DNA of 64,000 nucleotides from Eledone cirrhosa (lineage: Eukaryota), in NCBI GenBank assembly GCA_964016885.1, contig OZ024742.1:92938001-93002000 (forward strand). Reading direction: 5' to 3'. Of this stretch, positions 12,379 to 22,974 are shown one piece after another. Numbering within the stretch: position 1 is the first letter of the stretch; each line of letters begins with the position of its first letter. Position numbers and translations under genes: made by a program. The notes below the pieces were generated by a model that saw only the letters and a program-made list of their open reading frames with translations, had not been told where the DNA came from and did no database searches.

Positions 12379-13510
12379 TCATCATCACTATTTAAAGTCT
12401 ATTTTTCCATGCCTGCATGAGATATACTGGTTGTCCTCGTTATAATACATGTCTGCTGAAATGGAACTGTATTTTGGCTGGGAATTTTACCGTTGGATAC
12501 CCTTCCTAACATGAATCACTTTTACATTGTCGAACTTTACATTGTCAAACTGTTTTGTTTTCAGACAAGTCTGACCAATTGACTGCACCGTACTTTGCTC
12601 ATAGTGGAACCGTGTTTTGAAATATGGGTGGTTCCATTATAACAGATATCTGGCCAGTTGGTCATGCTGTACCTTGCTTATAGCATGACCATGTTTTGGC
12701 TAGGTTTTTATGGTTGCTGCATGCCCTTACTAACACCAACCATGTTTACACTGTGGGACTTGGTGATTCCTCTATGAGGCATGTCTGGCCAGTTGGGTGC
12801 TCCTTATCTTGCACATATCATGACTGTGTGTTGGGTGGGTTTTTGCGGCTGCTGTATGCCCTTCCTAACCCCAACCATGTTTAGGGTGTGGAACTGGGTG
12901 GCTGCACCATACCCTGTTCACAGCGGAATCGTATTTTGGGAGCTGGGTGGTCCCATTATGAGGGTTGGTATGGGGTCTAGCTAGTATGCCATGCCGCGCC
13001 TTGCTAATATTGGCGCTATGTTTAGGTTGGATTTTTTTATGTTTGCTGGAGGCTCTTCCTATTGCAAGCCATATTTATATCGTAGAACTGGGTGGCATAG
13101 CTATGAGACAAATCTGACTATTTGGCCATGCCATACATTACACATATCAGATATTTTGGCTGGATTTTTATGGCTGCTGGATGCCCTTCTTAACAGCAAC
13201 CACATTTAAAGTGTGTGTACATGGTAGTTCCTGCTTTGAGGAGGGTCTGGCTAGTGAGCCGCACCATACCCTGCTCATAACAGAACCGTATCATGGGAGA
13301 TGGGTGGTCCTATTATAAAGGAAGTCTGTTCAGTTGGCCACACTCTGCCTTGCTCATAGCTGGGCCATGTTTAAACTGGGATTTTACAGCTCCTGGATGC
13401 CCTTCCTTCAACCAACCACATTTACAGTGTGGAACAGAGTGGCATCGATGTGAGACAAGTCTGGCCATTTGGTCGTGCCATACATTGCTCAAAGTGATGT
13501 TTTGGTTGCA
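12379..13510 (-). repeat. Degenerate tandem array derived from the RTE/SINE 3'UTR
   Basis: Recurrent ggatgcccttcctaacaccaaccacatttacagtgt-like motif at ~12495, 12720, 12855, 13180 and 13395, with a GAT-tail remnant at 12379. Confidence 0.7.
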
Positions 13511-13800
13511 TGTATATACGATATATATACCATATATGCATGTATATATCATATATAATATACATAAACACACACAGAAATTGTACACTATATAAACATA
13601 TATAACATAACACATGTATAATATATATACATCATATATATACACACACACATACATAATAGACAATATATATATATATATATGCAACATACATATAAAT
13701 ATTTAATATGCACTTATATATGCCTTTATACAATATATACACATGCATATACAATACATACATATACATATAACATATGATGTAACAGGGTAACTGTGAG

Positions 13801-14816
13801 AAATTCCCGACTGTACAGTTTCGCTGACTGGTATGTAGTCAGAATGAAACTAAAATGCACCAGGGCCATAAGATAATCGGCTTTTCAAGAGACCCCTCAA
13901 TGAAAGGATGAATTCTTGAAATGACCTGGGCATTATGGTCAGCAGCGATTTGCGTTGAACGAAGCACGTCTCTAAAATTGTCAAGAAGGCCGAGGGTGTC
14001 TTAGCATCACTCAACAAGACCTTTGTCAGCCGCTCTCCAACTATCTATTTAAAGCTGTATATAGCTGTGGTGCAGCCACATTTAGAATTTGCATCACCAG
14101 TCTGGAACCCCCATCTCGCTCAGAACATTGACCGCCTGGAAACTGTTCAGAGACGTGCAACCAAGTGAATACCCTCCGTCAGGCATCTACCATACTCTGA
14201 ACGCCTTGCTTCCCTGGGCATGGATACATTGAAGCTCCGACGTCTGGCAACTGACTTGGTAAACACCCACAAAATTATAACCATCTTGCCAACAACAACC
14301 CTGAGTACCTTTTTGATTTCCATCTAACACACGTGGACATGCCCACAAAGTCAGAAAATAGCACAGCTCCCATGACTTTCGGAAACATTTTTTCACGCTC
14401 AGAGTTGCTGAAGCATGGAACAAACTACCTGCATCAGTGGTTAGCTGTCGAGACACTGCATCCTTTAAAACCTCCATGCTTCCTGAAATTCTCATGACTC
14501 ATACACTATTCACTTCCCTGACATTTGCACATTATTCTCTATACTATACATGCACCTTTGACGAGTTCTGAGCACTGTACACAATAATTTCATTAATATC
14601 ATTATTAAGTGAAACATTCTTGGGATGGAGAATTATGTTGTATAACAGTTGTGATAATTCTCCCTCTTGAGAATTTTTCACTTGTAGCAATCAGTTCGAG
14701 AATTTGTCCTTTCATTTGAAGCATCTCTTGAAAAACCGATAGCCTCATGACCCTGGTGTATTATAGTTACAATTCGGCTGCATACCAGTCGGTGAAATTG
14801 TACAGTTGGGATTTTG
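13801..14816. mobile_element. Old fold-back/MITE-like element with ~120-bp diverged inverted arms (13801-13920, 14695-14816)
   Basis: The arms align as reverse complements (cccgactgtacagtttcgctgactggtatg vs cataccagtcggtgaaattgtacagttggg). Confidence 0.7.
13921..14607 (+). mobile_element. CR1-clade LINE 3' end (pseudogenised)
   Basis: DLGIMVSSDL...PHLEFASPVWNPH...LETVQRRATK...YSERL...TRGH...FFTLRVAEAWNKLP, with stops and a frameshift. Confidence 0.88.
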
Positions 14817-14940
14817 AAGAAAAATTTAGGTTCATTTTGTCTATTTTCTCTTCACATTTATAATTGTTATTTAGCTCTGATTAATTGATAATTTTTAAAA
14901 TTCTTTCAGTCATTGAGCAAAACTGGTAAAGGCAGGACAC

Positions 14941-15034
<94 letters not shown>

Positions 15035-15465
15035 TATATATATTCATATATTATATATATTATATATGTATATGATATATGTATAACATGTATATGATCT
15101 TAATAGGTTGATGAAATCACAATACCATGCAGTGCTTCATGCAATGTATGGTACTGCATCATCGTTCCACACAGTCCTACTAAATGATAACTGGGGTTAA
15201 TTAGTTTCAGAGTATATCTCTGTGGAATTCGATAATGTGGTGGCAAAAATTGAACAAATTCATTAGGTAATCAGCATTAGTTCAATATGATCAATGACTT
15301 AATCATCATCTAATAAAGATATAAAAATTATTGATAGATCCCACAAATTAATACAGCTAACATGAAAAAATGGATAATCAGGTCAGTCAATAAAAACACA
15401 AAAAATAAAATGTTGATAATTACCCAAACTACCGTCAGTTTCACCAATATATATATATAGACGAT

Positions 15466-16770
15466 CAGGGTGTGGACGATATTTGTTCGCAATTTTCAAC
15501 TGTTAATTTTATGCAATTTTTTTTTACTTCCGTTGTCACTCTTGTCTTCATAAAATCAGTGACTATATTTCCATTATTTATTTTCAGAATAATTGATTAT
15601 GAATAATTTTGAACCTCCAAATTTGTGGAAGAGACACGGAGTTCTTCTTGGAATCCGCGTTGGGAGGACAAATAAGGAAATTTCAGACTTTCTCAGCGTC
15701 AGCAGGAGAATGGTGGAAAAGGTCAGAAAGGAATTGGAAGATTCAGGATTCGACTACGAAGCAACATCAGAGAGGAAAACACATGATCGACGATCTGACG
15801 CCTTCAGAATGCCCGAGTTCATCGCTGAAGTTCAAGATATCATCAACAATGAACCTAGCAAGTCGATGCGTGCCATTGCAAGGGAGAAAGGCGTGGATGA
15901 AAAGCTCATTAGGCAGGAGGTACATGAAGACATTCGGTACGTTTCATACAAGATGAGGAAAGGACAATTTCTGTCAAAGGCGATGCAAGAAAAGCGACTG
16001 AAGCACGCAAAGAAGCTGATCAACAAGTTGAAACACCCACTGGAGCCAGACATGCTGTGGTTTTTCTCCGACGAGAAAAACTTCTGCCAAGACCAGAAGA
16101 TCAACTCCCAGAACAACAGGTGGCTCGCTGTTTCATCCAAAGACATACCCAGAGTCATACAGACAAAGTTTCCAACGACAACATTGGTCTGTAGGTGTCG
16201 TCAGAAGTCAAGGTGACGTCATGCCACCTCACTTCTTCCCTGAGGGTCTCAAGCTGAACACCGATGGCTACATCCGCATTCTGAGCGAGGTAGTAAAGCC
16301 CTGGATCGACTAGGTAGCTGCAGGTAGGCCGTACGTGTGGCAGCAAGACTCAGTGCCCTGCCATACCAGCCGAAAGACCCAAGCCTGGCTGTCAGAGAAC
16401 TTCGTCGACCACACTTCACCTGACATCTGGCCTCCCAGCTCGCCTGACTGCAACCCCCTTGACTTCTTTGTGTGGGGCGCAGTGGAATGAGACACCAACA
16501 GATCTAGCTGCAATACGAAAGACGATCTGAAGGCCAGGATCACAAGTGCCTTTAGGGGCCTAAGTCGGGGGACAGTGACGAAGGCCTGTAGCCTGTTCCG
16601 AGGCCGCCTTGAGGCCGTCATCAAAGCCAATGGTGGGTTTATCGAGTGAGATCGAAAGAACAAGTCATGAAGACAAACTGACCCATGTTTGATAAATATA
16701 TCTTAAAAAATAAAACTACTGTGTTATTTTTTCCTAGTCAGTAATCTTGCGAACAAATATCGTTCGCACC

Positions 16771-16773
<3 letters not shown>
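15466..16773 (+). mobile_element. Tc1/mariner transposon, DD37D (maT) family, full-length but inactivated
   Basis: ~27-bp TIRs cagggtg(t/c)g(g/a)acgatatttgttcgcaa. TA is present at the right end; the left flank reads AT. Confidence 0.92.
15600..16649 (+). pseudogene. DD37D transposase pseudogene
   Basis: HTH region, WFFSDEKNF, QQDSVPCH, then 37 residues to the D of SPDCNPLDFFVW; ends KANGGFIE*. Frameshift near 16185, stops near 16311 and 16488. Confidence 0.9.
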
Positions 16774-16809
<36 letters not shown>

Positions 16810-16873
16810 GTATATATATATATAGAAATATATATATATTGTGTATATATATATATTATGTATATATATATAT

Positions 16874-16906
<33 letters not shown>

Positions 16907-16910
<4 letters not shown>

Positions 16911-17660
16911 TGAGTTTGAGTTATTTTTCCTAAATCTTTCGTTAACTACTTTTCCCATCTTGACGTTATAGTCGCATATATGTTATAGAATGCCGTTAGC
17001 TTCTTGCTAAAACAATCTCTATACCTCTCATTTATATTTATACTCGGATTCTTTTCCTAGAGTGCTTAAACTATCTGTGACTAATCCCGGTTTTTTTCAT
17101 AAAAACTGTGATAATCATTGCTATTTTGCTGAACTCCTTGTAGAGTTTTTTTTCAGAATGTATTTGACTGCTATTTCTTGTAAATAAACATTCACTTCCA
17201 TCCTGACGTCACTAGCCCTGTTTTTTCCTCATGTGCTTTTTCATAAATACACATGAAGGCGAACTAGCCAGTTTTAGAATTCCCTTTTTTGGACTATATT
17301 ACTGTGAGAGCCCTGGTTTACTGTTGAGCTCTGCTGATGAATGATATCCAACCGTGACCATCTCCACTGAAAGTTTTCATGAAATAGTCTTTTAAGACTA
17401 TACAGAGCATTTGATGTTATTCCAAATTGAAGGATAAGTGTTTCAAACTTTGTTTTATCATGAGTTAAAGGTCTATAGATTTTTCCATGGATTTTACTAA
17501 ATTCTGTGGATGAATTTGTATCCTGATTCTCTTTTGAGATGAGTTTGAGTTATTTTTCCTAAATCTTTCGTTAACTACTTTTCCCATCTTGACGTTATAG
17601 TCGCATATATGTTATAGAATGCCGTTAGCTTCTTGCTAAAACAATCTCTATACCTCTCAT
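16907..17660. repeat. ~123-bp exact direct repeat (16907-17030, 17537-17660); diverged third copy at 32900-33027
   Basis: gagatgagtttgagttatttttcc...atacctctcat occurs twice. Confidence 0.9.
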
Positions 17661-17693
17661 ATATATATATATATATATATATCTAAGGCGGGT

Positions 17694-17815
<122 letters not shown>

Positions 17816-17864
17816 GTATATATATATATATAGAAATATATATATATTGTGTATATATATATAT

Positions 17865-17898
<34 letters not shown>

Positions 17899-17902
<4 letters not shown>

Positions 17903-18281
17903 ATTAAATAAATGGAAACTATATTTATAAAACCATATTTATTTCATTATATATATTTCAGGGATATCATATTAACAATATGCTATGCCTTCCTCAGACA
18001 AAATACAATATAAACAGTTTTATAGATAAATAGATTCGACATACCGTAACAACATCGACTTGTATTTGAAAAAGTTGAGTTTATATTGTATTTTGTCTGA
18101 GGAAGGCATAGCATATTGTTAATATGATATCCCTGAAATATATATAATGAAATAAATATGGTTTTATAAATATAGTTTCCATTTATTTAATATTGTAAAT
18201 ATACTCCAAATACTTGTCGAGTGCTTTTATATCAGTTATAAATATTTACTAGTTGTAACCCAACAATTTAAATATAACTTT

Positions 18282-18285
<4 letters not shown>
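17899..18285. mobile_element. Fold-back Penelope-like terminal element (family A)
   Basis: ~117-bp inverted arms (17899-18017, 18079-18195) plus a tail, homologous to the termini flanking the GIY-YIG ORF at 37315-39675. Confidence 0.75.
18090..18153 (+). ncRNA. Type I hammerhead ribozyme motif (family A; mirror copy on minus strand at 17940-18004)
   Basis: attttgt-CTGAGGA-agg..catatt/aatatg..cct-GAAA-tatata-TA-atgaaat, with a short palindromic stem III as in minimal PLE hammerheads. Confidence 0.72.
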
Positions 18286-18362
<77 letters not shown>

Positions 18363-18399
18363 GTATATATATATATATATCTATCTATCTAAGGCGGGT

Positions 18400-18494
<95 letters not shown>

Positions 18495-18496
<2 letters not shown>

Positions 18497-18672
18497 ACAC
18501 TGTAAACGTGGTTGGTGTTAGGAAGGGCATCCAGCCATAGAAAACCCGCCAGACAGTCCTATACGAGCAGGTCAACAAATCTTGCCTCAAGTGGGAAACC
18601 TCCCATCCAAACCCATGCAAGCGTGGAAGATGGACGTTAAACGATGATGATGATGATGATGATGATGATGAT
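18495..18672 (+). mobile_element. RTE LINE 3'UTR fragment (copy E)
   Basis: cacactgtaaa..gttaggaagggcatccagcc..cccatgcaagcgtgg..(GAT)n. Confidence 0.88.
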
Positions 18673-18677
18673 ATATA

Positions 18678-18878
18678 GTATTTAATATAGAAATTGCTTC
18701 TACAGGACTAGAACTGTTTTATTTGAAGGAATCATCAGGAAAGCTTTCCTGATGATTTCCTTCGAATGAAACAGTTCTAGTCCTGTAGAAGCCATTTCTA
18801 TATTAAATATTGTATATACTCTACTATGTATTGAGTACCTTACCTACTCTGGTTACCCCCAATTGAACCCGGGATACA
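18678..18878 (+). mobile_element. Fold-back Penelope-like terminal element (family B) with hammerhead motif at 18743-18792
   Basis: Palindrome centred on aaagcttt. The right arm reads CTGATGA-tttccttcgaat-GAAA-cag..ctg-TA-gaagc. Confidence 0.7.
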
Positions 18879-19324
18879 CACACATATATATATATGTGAG
18901 AAATTATATTGAAATAGTCCACTATTCATTTTTGGTAAGGTATGACAACTTGAGGTGTGCAGTAGGTAGGAATTCAAAACAATCGAGTCTTCTTAAAGTT
19001 AAAATTCTTGCTGTTAAAGATGATGAGGGCAGTTGAGCATAAATATTTAAATTGAAGTAAGCCAATTTACCTATTGCACATAGATTAATACAAAAAATAT
19101 TAAATTACTCCTATGGGTTTTAAACTGTCTGTTCTCTCTCCATATGTTGCAATATGTTACTATTTTATTATTGTTTATCCAACGCTGGCACAAAAAAACC
19201 CTATGCCCATATACTTCATAAGCCTAAATAATTCTACTTCACTCTTTTTTTCTACTTATCTACTTCCATCTCTTTACCTGCTTTCTTTCATTGCTTGCTT
19301 ATATTCATAGAGCTATGGCCCTTT

Positions 19325-19465
19325 ATGTTCTGGGTTAAAATACTGTCGAGGTTAGCTTTGCCTTTTGAGATCGATAAAATAAAGTGCTAATAACACACTG
19401 GGGATTTAATCGACTTTCCCCTCCTCCAAAATTGCTGGCCTTATGCTTAATTCAGAAACCATTAT
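19325..19465 (+). mobile_element. Degenerate 5'-truncated SINE
   Basis: Homologous to the 3' two-thirds of the SINE at 28627. Confidence 0.7.
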
Positions 19466-20159
19466 TTGCTAATGTTCTTGATACGTGTTGTATTGAATTT
19501 AATCTTTCTGGATACTCTTGATGACCTGCAAATGATTTTATACACTATGTGAATAATTATTCATTAATTATAACTGATTGATTCATTGTTTGCATGTATA
19601 TACAAGTTTCTCATCTGTATAGAAACGATTGTAATGATTAAAGTAGGATTTGGTTTAAAAACCTTGGTTTTCTTTAATTTATATATATATATATATATAT
19701 ATCATCATCACCTCATATATATATCTACATATATATATATATATATATATATAGTTATGTAATAAACACCGTAAGAAATTATTCCATTTACCAAAGGTTT
19801 CACGAAGACAGATCAACTCGACACAGACGTTTGAAATCACCCATCAAAATGAAATTTTATTTTATTTGATGTGGATGTAAGATATAGATTTACAAACAAA
19901 GGCTAAAACAATTTAAAGCGAGGCTGATATATAATATAAAATAAAATAACGGGAGAAAATAGGACTTAATGTAATGGAGAAAAATAATATATATATATAT
20001 AAAAATAAATATACACATACATATATAAGCATCTACCCACACATATACATATACATAGACACACGCGTATACCTGTACATGTACACACACATATACATAC
20101 ACATATACATAGATACATACATACATACACATGTACATATATATACATAGACACACGTG

Positions 20160-20199
<40 letters not shown>

Positions 20200-20395
20200 G
20201 GTTATTCCGGGATGAATAAGAGGTAACCACAGTAAGTAAGGTACTCAATACATAGCAGAGTATAAAAGTTTTAATATAGAAGAGCTTCTACAGGACTAGA
20301 ACTGTTTCATTTGTGAGAAATCATCAGGAAGCCCTGATGATTTCTCACGAATGAAACAGTTCAAGTCCTGTAGAAGCTCTTCTATATTAAAACTT
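20200..20395 (-). mobile_element. Fold-back family B element, second copy
   Basis: Reverse-complement homolog of 18678-18878. Confidence 0.72.
20284..20332 (-). ncRNA. Type I hammerhead ribozyme motif (family B)
   Basis: gcttc-CTGATGA-tttctcacaaat-GAAA-cagttctagtcctg-TA-gaagc. Stem I is perfect; there is a U.U pair at the base of stem II. Confidence 0.72.
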
Positions 20396-20414
20396 ATATA
20401 TATATACATGCACA

Positions 20415-20535
20415 CATCATCATCATCATCACCGTTTTACGTCCGTTCTTCCATGCTAGCATGGGTTAGACGGGGTATCCTGTTGTGGGTAGTGTCTGGT
20501 CGGCTGACCATGCCTTGCTCATACAGGAACTGATG
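20415..20535 (-). mobile_element. RTE extreme 3' end (copy F)
   Basis: (CAT)n followed by accgttttacgtccgttcttccatgctagcatggg. Confidence 0.85.
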
Positions 20536-20917
20536 AGTGTATATATATACACATGTATATATATATACACATATACGCACATATATATATATATACATAT
20601 ACATACACACACATCCAATCACATACATATACACACATATAAAAGAAACAACCATAAGCACAAATCAGGATGTATCTAAATAAGCAGACAGGCAAAACAT
20701 TTTAAAATAAAAAAATAAAAAAATCGTAAGGTTTAACTATGAACACACATGATTTTGTTTTTGCGCAAAACTGTGTTTATGTATACATTGTGCGTGTGTG
20801 CGAACGTGTGTTCATAGCTAAACCTTATGATTTTTTTATTTTTTTTTTATTTTAAAATTTTCCCCATTACATTACGTCCTATTTTCTCCCGTTATATTAT
20901 TTTATATTATAATATAA

Positions 20918-21101
20918 GGCGGTGGATTGGCAGTATCGGTAGAGGGTCGGACGCCATGCTTTCCAGCATAGTTACGTCCCCTTACGATCTGAGTTCAAAT
21001 CCCGCCGAGGTTGACTTTGCCTTTCATCCTTACGGGGTCGATAAAATAAAGTACCAGTAATGCACTGGTTAATTGCTGGCCTTGTGCCTAAAGTAGAAAC
21101 A
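20918..21101 (+). mobile_element. tRNA-derived SINE
   Basis: A-box TGGCAGTATCGG, B-box GAGTTCAAATCC. TSD of ~21 bp (20891-20911 / 21102-21122), with the empty site visible in the opposite arm near 19930. Confidence 0.9.
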
Positions 21102-21198
21102 GTTATTTTATTTTATATTATATATCAGCCTCACTTTCAATTGTTTTAGCTTTTGTTTTTAAATCCATATCTTACATCCACATAAAATAAAATAAAAT

Positions 21199-21269
21199 TT
21201 CATTCTGATGAGCGTTTTCAGACGTCTGTGTCGAGCTCATCTGTCTTTGTGAAACCTTTGGTAAATGGA
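21199..21269 (+). ncRNA. Type I hammerhead ribozyme motif (family D)
   Basis: ttcatt-CTGATGA-gcg..agacg/tgtct..tgt-GAAA-cc ttt gg-TA-aatgga. Confidence 0.68.
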
Positions 21270-21349
21270 ATAATTGTCTTATGTTGTGTATTACATAACT
21301 AAATAGCTCTGTAGCTTACACAGAGCACTATCCTTTCCTTTACCTTTCC

Positions 21350-21980
21350 TATGGAAACACTAGGAATAAGAGGGATCAGATTCTGTTTACCCGAGAAAAG
21401 ACTACGTTGGTACGGTCATGTGATGCGCATGAAAGACGACAGCTGTATAAAAAAGTGCAGGGCGATTAAAATATACGGAAGCTACGGAGTAGGTAGACCC
21501 AGAAAAACCTGGGACGATTTGATAAATTCTGACCTTACACACTTACACCTCTCCAAGACAATGTCACTGGACCGAGATCTTTGGCACTACACAGTAATAC
21601 AGAAGACCCGCCTTGCCTAAGTACAAAGTAAAACCTACTAACCAAAAATACACCCTCACCCCACTACCCTTATCCCCACCCCCATCTACACCTAACGTTA
21701 TGTCGTTGCCACAACATCCAGTCCGAAATAAATGAGGTCGTGTAGGTGTCACGACAAAAAACACACAGTCCACGCTGTAATGTGGCCATGTAGGTAACAC
21801 GGTAAAAACCTCCCAGTCTACACTGTAAACCTGGTTGGTGTTAGGAAGGGCATCCAGCCGTAGAAAACCCACCAGACAGTCCTATACGAGCAAGACAACC
21901 AATCTTGCATCACGTGGGACAACTCCTGTCTAAACCCATGCTAGCGTGGAAGATAGACATTAAATGACGATGATGATGAC
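21350..21980 (+). mobile_element. RTE LINE 3' end, long-UTR type (copy G)
   Basis: ORF 21351-21620 [11 protein letters not shown]...GRPRKTW, then UTR and GAT tail. Confidence 0.9.
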
Positions 21981-22377
21981 GTTAGTAATGAAGCAAGTAT
22001 GCTCCGTTGGATTTGCAATGTCAATGTGCATGAACGACCAAGCATAGACGAGTTGAGAAAGAAACTGGGTATAAGAGGGATAAGTTGTGGTGTGCAGGAG
22101 AGAAGGCTGAGATGGTATGGACATGTGATGCACATGAAGGATGACCGCTAGGTAAAGAAGTGCCAAGAAATCCCAGTAGAAGGAAGATGCAGTAGAGGTA
22201 GACCATGTAAAACATGGGCGGAGGTGGTGAGAGCAGACCTCAGATCGCTGAAACTCACCAAAGAGATGACGAAGGACAGTAACCAGTGGAGAGATGCTGA
22301 GCTGAATAGGACCCGTCCAACCCTTGCAAGCAGGGAAAAGCGGACGTAAAATGAGGATGATGATGATGATGATGATA
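21981..22377 (+). mobile_element. RTE LINE 3' end, short-UTR subfamily (copy G2)
   Basis: NEASMLRWICN...RRLRWYGHV...RTRPTLASREKRT* followed immediately by (GAT)n. Confidence 0.88.
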
Positions 22378-22974
22378 TATTCATATATGAAGTTTGTTGA
22401 AACAATGCTTGGCTTTAGCTTAAGAAAAAAGGATTAGGTACTTGGTGAGATTCAGTTACTAAACCCATTTGATATAGGGCTCTTGATTCTTATCTTAGTG
22501 ATCCTGTTATTGATTGAATCATGTCTGGAATGCTTCCTCCAGGATGGCTCTCAGCCCTGGTGTCGTAGGCTGCATGATGATCTCTCAGCTCTCAATATGT
22601 GAGACATTCAGTCACATTTTTATTTTTAAAATCAACCAGACGTTAGAAGGAGACATGTTTCGAGAAAATAGAGGACCTAAAAAACCAAGTATCAGCTGTG
22701 ACTGGAAACTTGTGTGTGTGTATATAGGTAAAACATTGTTACCGAGAAATATTTGCATGATGGTGATGGTGGTGATGGTGGTCAGTGCGGTGATGGCTTT
22801 TGTGATGACTATTGGGAATGATAATTGCTGTAGTGATGATGGTAGTTGTCATGGGTTATTGAGGTGGTGAAGGTACTGGTGGGTGTTGTGATGATGGTGG
22901 TTATGGGGATGAGGGTGATTGTGATGGTTGTAGTTATGGTGATGGTGGGGTGTATGGTGATTGTAGTGATGATG

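Larger units (their letters stand above)
19755..21300. mobile_element. Inverted pair of Penelope-like termini (family D): 19755-19985 versus 20860-21300 (right arm split by a SINE)
   Basis: Reverse-complement alignment over ~230 bp; hammerhead motif in the right arm. Confidence 0.7.

Noticed and set aside
17335-17380. CTGATGA...GAAA motif
   Set aside because: No consistent stems II and III.
20918-21010. tRNA gene
   Set aside because: A and B boxes are present, but they belong to a multi-copy SINE with TSDs and no cloverleaf.
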